Source: Lama guanicoe
Lineage: Eukaryota
Assembly: GCA_013239625.1 (NCBI GenBank)
Contig: MU053559.1
Span: forward strand, 2,400,324-2,464,323
Direction: 5' to 3'
Length of the DNA stretch: 64,000 bases
Part shown: positions 10,191-22,460 of the stretch, piece after piece
Layout of the letters: each line of letters begins with the position of its first letter
How positions within the stretch are numbered: position 1 is the stretch's first letter
Notes under the pieces: model-generated
The model's database searches: none
Told to the model about the DNA's origin: nothing
What the model saw: the letters and a program-made list of their open reading frames with translations, nothing else
Made by a program: the position numbers and the translations under genes

Positions 10191-12202
10191 CCAAATAGGA
10201 GATACCATAGGAAGCTAAAAGGTACCACTTTTTAGCTACTAAATGAGCCAAAAAGCACTATGATGCAGAAAGGTCCTCCTTTGATTCCAGTGATTACAGT
10301 CCTTTTAAAAAGCAATTCAACAAGAGAGGTCCATCGACATAAAAGTGCTCATATCTTATAGGATTTTATCCTAAGGGACCAATTCAAAAAGAAAGTAAAT
10401 ACTATATAGGTAAAGATATTTTTGATCTAAGTTGCCTCATATTGGCAAATCAGGAGCAATAAAGCTGAAATAGCTCATATATTATAATGTTGAAAAAGTG
10501 ACATCTACAAGATAAGGTATTTAGAAGGTGAGTAACAAGCCGAGTGCAATACGCTTTTATCGCAATTATTTAAAAACATGTACTTTTGCCAAATTTCCCA
10601 CAATGCTTTTATACTGTCTTTAAGTAAAAAGGAGAAAATATGACACAATCTGCCTCATTGATATAACAGCGTAAGTATTCTAGCCTATAAAAAGAAGAAA
10701 CCATCAGGAAATGAAGAATGGAAAAAGAGTTGCAGTAAGAAATTCTTATTGACCAAAATAACCAAGGGGAGCTGCAGAATATGCGTGAAAATATATCGGG
10801 GTACATGGGGTCTAGAATTTGTATTCACAAAACAAAAGGATACTGACGTAATGCTTTTCTAATAAAAAAAAATCCTTTACTGTTTTCTTTTTTTTTTCCT
10901 CTGAGTTTGGAAGGAGCAAACTCTGGATTAAATGAAATTGTGCAATGCCTAGCACATAGTAGGCAGCCAATAATATCAACTTCCTTCCTTCCTATGAAAT
11001 AAAGATGCTCTGAAATAAAAGTAGTTTTATGATCTTAAAGAAACAGTAGTTCATCAACCAAAGCCAACCTCTTCTCACATTCCCTATTGCAGTAAAGTCT
11101 TAGTTTTAATATTTTATAAAGAAAAAAAACCTCAAACTCTTAAGAATGAAAATGGTTTTCTTGAACTTCAGTTTTAAGACAAAGGGATATATTATAATTT
11201 TTTAAAAAGCTATCAGGTATTTGAGTAATGATCCCAAGAGACTGCAGATTCTAGCCAAAATTACACCTCTCTATTGAGTACTTCATCTAAGAAAGAACCA
11301 GCGTAATTTAGTGGTACTATTTTATTTCTATTAGTGGAAATAGTGGGGATTGGACATATCTGGAAATTTTAATAGACATTACAGGAAACTCGGGGCTTTC
11401 TGGGCAGCGTTGATGAATTTTAAGGGGACAGAAATAATCCACTTTTCTGGGAAACACTCACTTGCGTAAAAGGGGCGCTTCCTAATGATGTGTTAATGAG
11501 GTGGCTGCGAAGGCTTGATGCTGCTGGCCTAAGTCAAAGGGGCTGGGCCTCCTGGCACCCCCACCCCTTTATTCAAGAGAATGCTCCTGCCTACTGCCTC
11601 ATTATTCTTCCTTTCCTCCTTCTGCATTTGGGGACTGACCGCTCTGTGTGTAGATAAACACACAGCCTGACATACGCAAAATTCCTCTTTGCTCCGGGGA
11701 ACAATCAGCCCAGGCTGGGGTGTGGCTTCTTACCTGGTCTCAGAATTTATTCTTCTGCAACTGAACCACCATCCATTCGTTTTGCTCATTTGAAGTACTT
11801 GTAATGGGTAATGACCAAAACGACAGACATTTTGATTTTGCGAACCATGTGTCATTAAAGGATTAGCTTTGGCTATTTGGGACTGGACCTACTTTTTGTC
11901 TTCTAGTCGCCCTGAATCCCGTACCAGGGATAATGTTTGAGCACAGAGAGTGGCGCTTCTATCTGGTCTGCTCTCAAAGGATGCACACACTGAGCAGGTG
12001 GATTTAAAGGCTAACTTTTCCCCCTTAACTTTTTGCTTTGCTTTGATTTCAAATTGCAAGAATAAAAACGATCTCTCCTACATGCTTTACTCAGATTCAC
12101 AAACTGGTTACATTTTGCTCCACCTGTCTTATATTTTCTCTTTCTGTGTGCATGTGCATCATTTTTTTGAACTAAATACTCTCAAATGAAAATAAATTGG
12201 CT

Positions 12203-12320
12203 GGAGGAGGGTATAGCTCAAGTGGCAGAGTGCATGCCTAGCATGGATAGGGTCCTAGGTTCGATCCCCAGTACCTCTTCCAAACATAAATAAACCTAAT
12301 TACCTCTCCCCTAAAAAAGA
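12203..12320 (+). mobile_element. tRNA-Ala(AGC)-derived camelid SINE (Vic-1 type), long form
   Basis: A box tagctcaagtggcaga, B box ggttcgatccc, 3' extension taaataaacctaattacctctcccc; TSD core aaattggc at 12194-12201 and 12325-12332. Confidence 0.85.
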
Positions 12321-12746
12321 GAGCAAATTGGCAACCTCAAGTCCCTTTACCAAATACTTCAGTGTACATTTCCTAAGAGGAAGGGCATTCTCTAATCACA
12401 GTAGGACAATGGAAATTTAACATTGATACAATGCAGTTATTTAGCTCACACTTCATACTCAAATTTCACAATTGTTTCAATAATGACCTTTATAGCTATT
12501 TTGTTTTTCCAAATCCAGTATTTGATTCAGGATCATGCATTGCATCTGGTTGCCATGTCTTTCCGGTCTCCTCCAGTTGGAATAGTGCCTCAGCATCACT
12601 TTGTCTTTTATCACCATGCAAAGTACAGGCCAGTTATTTTGTAGAATGTACCTCAATTTGAGTTTGTCTGATGTTTCCTCATGACTGGATTCAGGTTAGA
12701 ATTTTTGGCAGCAATACTATTTAAATAACATACCCTTTCTAGTACC

Positions 12747-12766
12747 ATATATATATATATATATAT
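12747..12766. repeat. (AT)n microsatellite
   Basis: Direct read. Confidence 0.9.
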
Positions 12767-13323
12767 GAGATAATGTTGGTCTTAATTTTGGTAATGTTGG
12801 TAATGTTAAACTTTGATCATTTGGGTAAGCTGGTGTCCTCCAGGTTTGTCAATGTAAAGTCACTATCTTTCCCCTGGGAATAAGTATGTAATTTATGGAG
12901 AGATGCTTTGAAACTACATAAACGGTCTGTGCCTCATCAGAGTTTCAACAAATTGGGATTTTTAAGTGGCCATTAATATTGGGGCCCAATTTTGAAAATT
13001 AAGGATGACTTTTTTAAAATTAATTAACTAATTATTTTAACACCTTTGTTGTGGTATGATTCCTGTACAGCAAACTACACGTATTTCAGATATACAGCTT
13101 GATGAAGCCACCAACACAATCAAGATAGCTAACATTTCCAAGGATGACTATTTCTGTACTCCCTGTATAACGTCACAGCTCCTCACACTTTGCTTGACTC
13201 TTCCCCTCTCCCCTTCATTCACCCTCTCATCCTATCCCCTCAACTCTTTTCCTTCCATTCACTACCTCAGCCTTTTTGTTTTGTTTTGTTTTGGCATGTG
13301 TGAGTCTGTGTCTGCTGCCTAAC

Positions 13324-15400
13324 TTATTTTATTGTGCTAAGAACATTTCACGTAAGATCTAACCACTTAACAAATTTGAAATGTATGTTATGTTATTGTT
13401 GACTAGAGGCATGATGTTGTACGGCTGATCTTTAGAGTTTATTCATCTTGCTTAACTGAAATATTATGCTCACTGATTAGTAACTTCTCGTTTCCCCTTT
13501 TCCCCAGTCCCTGGTAACCAACATTCCATTCTTTGATTCTGTGAATTTGACTATTGTAGATACCTCAAATAAATGGAATCATGTACCATTTGTCTTTCTG
13601 TGCCTGACATTTAATTTGGCATAATATCTTCAGACTTCATTTGTGTCGTCACATACTGCAGAAATTGCTTCTTTTTAAAGGCTGAATAGTATTCCGTTGT
13701 ATCTATAGACCATTTTTTTAAACCATTCATCTGTTGATTGACATTTAGTTGTGTCCACATCTCAGTTATTGTAAGCAATGCTTCAGTGAACATAGGAATG
13801 CTAATATCTCTTTGAGATCATGATTTCATTTCTTTTGGATACATACCCAGAAATGAGATTGCTGGATCTTATGGTAGTTCTATTTTTAATTTTTTGAGAA
13901 ACCTGCATACCATTCTCCAAAGACACTGCACTATTTTGCATTCCCACTAACAGTGTTCAAGGATTTCAGTTTCTCCACATAATTGCCAACATTTGTTAGC
14001 TTTTTTTTTTTTGATAGTAGCCATCCTGACAGTCATGAGATGATATTTTATTGTGGTTTTGATTTACATTCCCCTGATGATTGTGATGTTGAGCATTTTT
14101 TTCATATACCTGTTGACCATTTGTATGTCCTTGAGGAAATATCTATTCAAGCACTTAGCTCATTTTTTAATTGAGTTATTCACTTTTTTACATTTGAGTT
14201 GAAGTTCCTTATGTATTTTGGATATTAACTCCTTGTCAGATATATGGTTTGTAAATATTTCTTCCAGTCCATAGATTGCCTTTTCATTCTGTTAATTGTT
14301 TCCCTTGCTGTGAAGAAGGCTTTTAGTTTGATGTAATCTCACTTGTTTATTATTTTTATTTATTTATTTTGCCTGTGCTTTTGGTGTCATACCCACAAAA
14401 TCATTGCTAAGACCAATGTCATGAAGCTTTTCATCTATGTTTTCTTCTATGAATTTTACAGTTTTGAAGTTTACATTTAAAGCTTTAATCTATTCAGGGG
14501 TTGATTTGTGTGTGGTGTAAGATAAAGGGTCAATTTCATTCTTTTGCATGTGGTTATCCAATTTTCCCTGCACCATTTGTTGAAGAGACTATCCTGTCTC
14601 CATTGTATACTCTTGGTGACTTGTCAAAGATACATTGACTGTATATGGGTGGATTTATTTCTGAGCTCTTTATTCTGTCCTGTTGCTTGATGTGTCTGTC
14701 TTTGTGCCAGTACTATACATACTGTTTTAGTTATTATAGCCTTGTAATATATTTTGAAATCAGGACTCATGATGCCTCCAGCTTTGTTCCTCTTTCTCAA
14801 GATTGATTTGAATGTTTATGGTCTTTTATGGTTCCATACAAATTTTAGAATTGTTGTTTTTCTTTCTGTAAAAAATGCCATTGGAATTTTGATAGGGAAT
14901 GCATTAAATATATAGATCACAGGTAATATGGACATTTTAATAATACCAATTCTAGCATTCCATGAACATAGGATGTCTTTCCATTTGTTTGTGTCTTGTT
15001 TAATTGCTTTCATTATGTTTTGTGGTTTTTAATGTTTTGTGGTCTTTTACTTCCTTAATTAAATTTATTTCTAAGTGTTTTATTCTTTTTGATTTTATTG
15101 TAAATGGATTGTTTCCTAATTTTCTTCTCAGTTCATTGTTGAGGTACAAAAATGCAACTGATTTTTGTATGTTTATTTTGTATCCTGTAACTTTACTGAA
15201 TTCATTTACTAGTTATAACAGTTTTTATGGAGTTTTTTGGGTTTTCCGTATATAAGGTCATGCCATCTACCAACAGAGGCAATTTTATTTCTTCCTTTCT
15301 GATTTGGATGCCTTTTATTTTTCTCTTGTTTAATTGCTCTGGATAGGACTTCCAATACTATGCTGAATGGAAGTGGCAAGAGTGTACATTCTTGCTGTCC
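13324..15400 (-). mobile_element. L1MA8/L1MA9-like element, 3' ~2 kb, degenerate ORF2
   Basis: 3' end tttattgtgctaagaacattt...ccctggtaacc; ORF2 remnants such as KWKDILCSW...[14 protein letters not shown] (14816-15013) and LLPLPFSIVLEVLSRAIKQEK. Confidence 0.85.
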
Positions 15401-15753
15401 TTTCAATTTTTAATGGCTCTTTCTGTGTCAGGAAGATTAGCCCTTTTCTGTGACATAAGATACAAATATTTTTCACTTCAATTTGTCATTTTTTTAACTT
15501 ATGTTGCTTTTTTCAAGCAAATTTTATTTTTATGTAGTAGAATTTATCGATCTTTTGTTTTCCTTGCTTCTTGATTTTAAGTCATAGTTAGAAGAGCTTT
15601 CCCCACTTCTGTTATGAAGTAATTCACCCATAATTTATTTTAGTACTTAAATTGTTGTTCATGTATTTTTGTTTAAATATTAAATTCCATTTTCAACTTT
15701 ATTCTCAAAGTTTTTGCCTAAATGAACGTCCCTTTAATAGTTAGCTGATTCCC

Positions 15754-16230
15754 TGTCTTAAGCTGAGTTCCCCAGAAGCAGACCCTACGTTAAGGATTCA
15801 TGTACACGTGATTTATTTTAAAAGTGCTCCTAGAAGAAACTAGGAAGGAAGTGAGGAAAGCAGGACAGAGAAGGGGAAGAAGCCAAACAAGGATGCAATT
15901 TCAGGCAAGATCTCATGGAGGGTGGATTCAGCCTGATCCCTCTGGGGAACTCTCCCACGTAAATTATGCCTCCAAGTTGTCCTGACATGAGAAAAGGAAG
16001 CTGAGCTTTCATATTGCCACATCCATTAGTCACTAAAGGCTAAAGGCAAAGAAAGCAGTCATCAGAAGAGTCTCACTTGTAACCTTTGAAGGCAACACAC
16101 ACCAAAACCAGCAGAGGAGTGCATAGAAACAATAAGAAAGATCTGAAGGGATCTGAGTGAGTACTGATGAAGCTTTCACCACAGCTGGCAAAACCTCATA
16201 AGCAGAAGGCTGTGGGAAGGGCACTGATGG
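15754..16230 (-). mobile_element. ERVL solo LTR (LTR16C-like)
   Basis: tgtcttaagctgagttccccagaagcagaccct...aaggattc...gaagaagccaa...ctggggaactct. Confidence 0.7.
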
Positions 16231-16849
16231 AGGTGGGAGGGAAGGAGAGAAAAAACCCGAAGAATCACTTCTTGTCCCTGCAGTCCTGTTACTGCTCAGA
16301 GAGCAGTTCCTCGCTTAATTATCGCTGTTTACACTGAAGTCCTGGCTTTGTAAAAAGCTGTGATCAGAAGGAAATTTCCAACATCTCAATAATATGGAGC
16401 AGAGGATATCTTTGATAAGCAGTCATCAAGTCTACTTTCCAATAATAAGTTTTCTCCAGCAAGAGACTGTCTTTATACTTCTTCCCAGAAGCCCATGCAG
16501 TTTGATTTTTTAAATATAATAAGAATTAGGGCCACATGTAAAAAGCCGTGAATCGGCTTCTCTCACCAAGGGAACAGGTGTCTCTCTAAACCTGATCACT
16601 CTTTACCACCACACCCTCTCATTCCTTCTTTGAGGGTACAGAACCTCCCTTGCCTACATTCCATTTGAAACTCTGAAGACAGCTGAACCTGACTGGGGGC
16701 CTCTGCCATCTGAAAGACCCTATAAGGACACATCTACATTTTCGGTTAGTTGGATCCCCGAGGTCTCCTATTCTATCATTGAAAGCCCCTTTCCAAAATG
16801 AGAGCACTACCAGCACCTTCTTCTCTTACATCCTCGCATTCTAACCCTG

Positions 16850-17070
16850 TCTAGTGGTTAAGAAACCAGACTTCGAAGTCAAATCTTGGAAAACCAACCC
16901 AGTCACTTTTTAGATACATGACTTTAGACAACTTTTGAAGTGTCCTCACTGTCAGTTTATTCATATGAAAAAGAGAGATAATACCTACACTGCAGAGTTA
17001 GTGTAATTATTAAATAAAATAAATATAGAAAGCCCTTGGGGTGGTGTAACGACATTATTATTATTCATTA
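16850..17070 (+). mobile_element. MIR SINE
   Basis: gtctagtggttaagaa...tcagtttattcatatgaaaaagagagataatacctac core. Confidence 0.65.
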
Positions 17071-17349
17071 TTCTCATTCCACTTGGATGTTTCTCGCACT
17101 GCTGACTTCCCTTCAATCGTTTTCTCAGAGACTTATTCTATTGTAAATAACCTCCCCATCTCCTCAGCCACTCACTATCTCCTGAAATTTCTATGGACAA
17201 GCCTGATTCTTCTACATTAACATATCACGGACTGTGGCTCGACTAAGTCCTAGCATCCCAATACAGTCGGCAGATTACTCCTTCGTCCTGGGGCAAGAAA
17301 CCCTCCCTTGTTAAGGTTTGTGCCAACTGTGTATACTTCCTTCTCTCCC

Positions 17350-18753
17350 TCTTTGAAACTTTCACCTGTTCTCCTTTATTCATTAAGGACCTGGCCACAA
17401 GCTCACTGGTTTCTTCTCCTCATGTCCCAACTTCATGTTGGGTAACTTCTATATCTATGTGAAGCCATCCTGCATCCTGGCCTTATGGCTGTTTTTCAAA
17501 AACCTTTTAAACACCAGAAGTTTTCACCTGTCACTACCAGTGACCCACTCTGATTGTCAGACCCTAGACCCTGATATCACTTGGAACAGCTCCACCTCCA
17601 AACTCTTATATTCTATTGGATCTTTCTGGATCTTATCCTCCTAGCTTTCCAGGCTTTTCTCTTCCTTACTTCAGTTTTTTAACCTCCCCCACAGAGACCT
17701 CAAAGCCATTTTATTCCCAATCCATTAACCCTGATTTGGCTTCAATTCCTCACCTACCTAACCTTGACCCTATACCCTTGCTCCCAAAACCAAGTCCATT
17801 GTCTTTCCAGCACATCCCTCTTACAGTCTTCAACTTTAGATCAATCTTACCATCTTCCTTTGCTGCTCCCACATCTGGGATGCCGAATGTTACTGCTGAA
17901 AATTATACCCTTGAATGAATTAAGACCAACACATATTTAGGGTATCCAAACTCTCCTAGAACCCCAACACCCCTTATTAATTTATTACCTTATTTCTAAC
18001 TAGCCTCTCCTCCTATTTCTCTGAATGGCTGTTCCAGTAACCTCATTACTCCATTTTTCTTCTCTATTTTCAACTTCTCTCCTCTTTGAGGTACTTTTCT
18101 GTGGCCTCTAAATCTTCCAAATAATTCTATCCTCCTCTTTCACTAGCCTTATAGTTCCCCTTCTTTTCACAGCCAAGATACTCAAAAACAATATTCTAGA
18201 CTGCTGCTGACCCCTCTTTCTTCCTTCCTGTATATGCACCTAGCCACCCTAGCCAGGTTTCAGCTTCCACAGACCACACAGACTGACCTATCTGAGATCA
18301 CCAGTGGCCTCATGACTGCCAAATCCATTTATTGCTTTTCAGACTTATATCATGAACTCTCTGCAACAAAAGAAACTGTATTAAATCTGTCTCTTCCCTT
18401 GGTTTCTACTATACCACTCTTTTCTTGTTCACTTATTTTTTCCATTATCTCACCTTTATCAAATTATTTTCACAGGCTCTTCTTGCCTTACACTTTCTTA
18501 ATATTGGTGAATCCAAGGATTTTCCTCTCTTCTCTCTCTGCATACTCTTCCCAAAAGATGTCATCAACAGCCATGGCTTCAACTATCATCTTCATGTATA
18601 CTTATATCCCAAATGTGCATTTCCATTCATGCCTCTCTCCTAAGCTCTAGAACATATGCCTGATTCCTTATAGATGAATATCTTGAATTTTCTGCAAGCA
18701 CCTCAGACTCATGCTCAAAATCAAACTTATGCTTTATCTTAAAATCTGCTTCC
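17350..18753 (+). mobile_element. L2 internal (ORF2-region) remnant
   Basis: Pyrimidine-rich L2 motifs tcaccagtggcctcatgactgccaaatcc, ccatggcttcaactatcatct, aagcacctcagactcatgctcaaaatcaaact. Confidence 0.7.
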
Positions 18754-19610
18754 CTACAGATTTAATGCAATCCCTATCAAAATTCTAGTGGCCTTTTTTT
18801 TTTGTAGAAGTGAAAAAGCCAATTCTCAAATTTATGTAATATTATAAGGATCCCAAATAGCCAAACAATCTAGAAAAAGAAGAACAAATTTGGAAGACTC
18901 ACATTTCCCAATTTCAAACTTTACTACAAAGCTATAGTAATCAAAATAGTGTGTTATGTATAGACTGATGGAATAGAATAGGGTCCAGAAATAAAAGCAT
19001 ACATCTATGTCCAATTGATTTTCAACAGAGATGTCAAGACCATCCAATGGAAAAATAATAGTCTCTTTAACAGATAATACTGGGACTAGTGAATATCCAC
19101 ATGCAAAAGAACTAAGTTGAGGGGGATGGATATAGCTCAGTGGTAGAGTGCATACTTAGCATGCATGAGACCCTAGGTTAAATCCCCAGTATCTGCATTA
19201 AAAAAAAAAGAAAGATTTTTTAAAAAAAGAATTAAGTTGGACCTTGTCTCATACCATATACGGAAGTTAGCTCAGAATGGATCAAAGACCTAAATATGAG
19301 TTAATACCATAAAACTCTTAGAAGAAAATATAGGAGTAAATATTTATGATCTTGGATTTGCACAATGGATTCTTAGATATGATATCAAGCATGAACATGA
19401 AAATAAAAAATAGATAAATTGGATTTCTTTATAATTGAAAAGTTTTGTGCTTCAAAGGATACTATCAAGAGAGTGAAAAGACAACCCACAGAATAGGAAA
19501 AAATATTTGCAAATCATATATCTAGTTAGCATCTAATATTCAGAATATATAAAGAATGCTTGCAATTCAAGAACAATAGGAAAGACAACCTAATTTAAAA
19601 ATGGGCAGTA
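18754..19610 (+). mobile_element. Old L1 (L1MB-like) ORF2 fragment, truncated at both ends
   Basis: ctacagatttaatgcaatccctatcaaaatt...gtgaaaagacaacccacagaataggaaaaaatatttgcaaatc; many stops. Confidence 0.8.
19121..19224 (+). mobile_element. tRNA-Ala(AGC)-derived camelid SINE, short form
   Basis: tatagctcagtggtagagtgcatacttagcatgcatgag...; 15-bp TSD aaaagaactaagttg (19105-19119) / aaaagaattaagttg (19225-19239). Confidence 0.9.
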
Positions 19611-19614
19611 TAGG

Positions 19615-19720
19615 CAAGGCAATCTACGGATTTAATGTGATCCCTATCAAATTACCCAGGACATTTTTTACAGAACTGGAACAAATGATCCTAAGATTTA
19701 TATGGAATCAAAAAAGACCC
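19615..19720 (+). mobile_element. Internal camelid-type L1 ORF2 fragment with no poly(A) or TSD
   Basis: [35 protein letters not shown]; similar to 4794-4899. Confidence 0.8.
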
Positions 19721-19724
19721 TTAT

Positions 19725-21022
19725 ATCTTGGGTATAAGATAGGCTATAAGGATGTATTTTGCAACATGGGAAATATTGCCCCTTACCCCTCCTCACTGGT
19801 AACCACTAGTTTGTTCTCTGTATCTGTGAGTCTGGTTCTTTTTTGTTATATTCACTAATTTGTTTTATATTCCACATGTAAGTGCTATCATACAGTATTT
19901 CTCTTTCTCTGTCTGACTTATTTCACTTAGCATAATGCCCTTCAAGTCCATCCATATTGCTGCAAATGACAAATTTTCACTCTTTTTTATGAGTGAGTAG
20001 TATTCCATTCATCTGTTGATGGACACTTGGATTGCTTCCAGATCTTGGCAATTGTAAATAATGCTGCTAGGAACATTGGGGTGCATATATGTTTTCAAAT
20101 TAGTGTTTTGAGGTATTTTTCAGATGCATACCCAGGAGTGGAATTGCTGGGTCACATGGTAGTTTTATTTTTAGTTTTTTGAGAAACCTCCATACTGTTT
20201 TCCACAGTGGCTGCACCAATTTACATTCCCACCAACAGGGTTCCCTTTTCTCCACATCCTTGTCAACATTTGTTATTTGTGTTCTTTGTGATGATAGCCA
20301 TTCTGGCAGTGTCTTATCATGTGCCTGTTGGCCATCTGCATTTAAAATTTGTATGGAAACATGAAAGACCCCAAATAGCCAAAACAATCTTGAGAAAGAA
20401 GAACAGAGCAGGAGGAATCACACTCTCTGACTTCAGACTTTACTGACTATACTACAAAACTACAGTAATCAAAACAGTATGATGCTGGCACAAAGACAGA
20501 CACATAGATCAATGGAACAGAATAGAGAGCCCAGAAATAAACCCACACACTTATGGTCAATAAAACTACAAAAAAAAGGAGGCAAGAATATACAATGGAG
20601 AAAAGACAGTCTCTTCAATAAGTGGTGATGGGAAAACTGGATAGCCACATATAAAAGAATGAAATTAGAACATTCTCTAACACCATGTACAAAAATAAAC
20701 TCAAAATGTGTTAAAAACCTAAATGTCAGACTGGATACTATAAAACCAGAGGAAAACATAAGCAGAACACTCTTTGACATAAATCACAGCAATTTTTTAG
20801 GGGGGGATCTGTCTCCTAAAGTAAAGGAAATAAAAGCAAAAATAAAAAAAATGAGACCTAATTAAACTGAAAAGCTTTTGGACAGCAAAGGAAACCATTG
20901 ACAAAATGAAAAGGCAGCTTACTGAATGGGAGAAGATATTTGCAAATGATATGACCAATAAAGGATTAATATTCACCAGATATAAACAGCTCATACAACT
21001 CAACATAAAAAAATAAGCAACT
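19725..21022 (-). mobile_element. Rearranged L1: minus-strand body (19773-20341), 5'-inverted ORF2 segment (20341-21022, +) and inverted 3' UTR piece (19725-19780, +)
   Basis: ORF2 remnants [16 protein letters not shown] on - and KKNRAGGITLSDF / MKLEHSLTPCTKINSK on +; the segments are adjacent in L1 order. Confidence 0.8.
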
Positions 21023-21024
21023 TG

Positions 21025-21650
21025 AGTTTAATTCTTCTTCCAGAGATTTCTTTAACATTTTTAGAGTGCAGGTCTGCTGGGGATGAATTATTCCAACTTT
21101 TATGTGTCTGAAAATGCATTTATCTTTCATTCGTTTTTAAAATATATTTTCACTGGCTAAGAATTCTATGTGGACAATAGTTTTCCTTCAATATTTTGAA
21201 TATGTTGTTTCACTTTTTTCTCTCTTGCATTGGTTCTAAAAAGCAATCTGCTGTCATCCTTGCTTGTTCCTAATACGTCTTTTTTTCTCTGGCTACTTCT
21301 CAAATATTTTTCTTATCACTTGCTTTGAGCAATTTGACTATGATGTGCCTTGACGTAGTTTTCTTTTTGTTACTTGTACTAGGGCTTTGTTGAATTCTTT
21401 AATATGTACATTTATAATTTTTATCATATTTGGAAATTTTTCTGCTATTATTTGTTCAGGTACATTTTCCCCCTCCCCCTTCCCATATCCTCTCCTAAAG
21501 GACTCCAATTACATATATTAGGCCCTTGGAAATTAGACTTATTAATGCTTTATTAATTTTCCCATCTTCTGTATAGTTTTTACTGTTACATGTTCAAGTT
21601 TACAAATATTTTCTTCTGCAATGTCTAATCTGTTGTTAATTCTGTTACCT
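21025..21650 (-). mobile_element. Old L1M 5'/ORF1-region fragment
   Basis: gtgcaggtctgctggggatgaatt...tattttcactggctaagaattct...aatttgactatgatgtgcctt. Confidence 0.7.
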
Positions 21651-21699
21651 TAATTGACTACCTGTAAGCTCAGGTCTTTCCAGTTAAGCTCAGCTCCTG

Positions 21700-21882
21700 A
21701 CAGAAACATGCAAACCCTCTTAAGACCTCTTAAGGCTTAAGGCCTCTAGGCTTAGAATTGACCCAACAACACTTCTGCCCATGTTGGCCAAAAGCAAGAC
21801 ATAATTGAGTCTAAAATTAAAGTCTACAGAAAGGGAGAGGATAGGAAGGGTGAAGAACTGGTGTCAATGAGTCAATCTACTA
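21700..21882 (-). mobile_element. MaLR (MLT1-type) LTR fragment
   Basis: aggcctctaggcttagaattgac...cttctgcccatgttggccaaaagcaag...caatctacta. Confidence 0.55.
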
Positions 21883-22067
21883 TAGGTGGGATAGAGGCAA
21901 ATTTTCTACCCAAAGGAGGTTAGACAACCTCTTGGCTTACCCAGCATCCTCAATCCACATGGCTATTGGTGCTTCTGAATTGTATGTACAGATAAGTTGT
22001 CATTCAAGATAGCTGCATATGAGTGGCAGAACCCTGATCACCAGGCTCATATTAGACTACTTACCTA

Positions 22068-22460
22068 AACACTCAACAAGTATTTATTGAGTACCTACTA
22101 TGTACGAGAAACTACAATACAACTTGCTTCCGTTTGATCAGGAGCAAACTTGCTAGACTATAAGATATTGGGTTTGATGGTCATTCTGTCCACCCCACTC
22201 AAAGTATGGACAACACAACCCTCCACACACACCCCTCCTGCCCCATTCATTTTGCAAATGAGGAAATAATGACCTGGGGGTTACACTGGGGATGACACAA
22301 AACCCATGAGAATTGCTGCCCTGATGGAGCTCAAACGAAATTGAAATTTAAGAAAATAGACAAATACGATCATTTCAAGTGCTTTAAAGGGAACAAGTAA
22401 TGTGCTGATACAAAGACTAATGGGGAGAGCTTCATAAGAGAAGGTGGTTGAGAAGAATAC
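22068..22460 (-). mobile_element. L2 3' end interrupted by the left arm of an inverted duplication
   Basis: caacaagtatttattgagtacctactatgt (22074-22103) resumes as ctggggatgac...tgccctgatggagctca (22286-22333). Confidence 0.65.
22126..22274 (+). repeat. Inverted duplication, left arm (149 bp)
   Basis: Reverse complement of 23371-23519 with 11 mismatches and no gaps (hand alignment). Confidence 0.95.

Larger units (their letters stand above)
8740..10610 (+). mobile_element. Highly degraded L1ME-like remnant hosting younger insertions
   Basis: gaccaatggactagaatggaaaaatccagaaataga; atatgcaagtaaaaatcaag (~9492-9510) continues as gagataccat (~10200) across the L1MC1 insert. Confidence 0.5.
12040..12950 (-). 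mobile_element. L1MC4/5-like 3' region, interrupted by a SINE and (TA)n
   Basis: caggatcatgcattgcatctggttgccatgtc...gtacaggccagttattttgtagaatgt...tgtttcctcatgactggattcaggtt. Confidence 0.75.

Noticed and set aside
19121..19200. Genuine tRNA-Ala genes at the four SINE positions
   Set aside because: They have substitutions in stems and boxes, A-rich tails and TSDs, and three are nested in other repeats, so they are retroposed copies.
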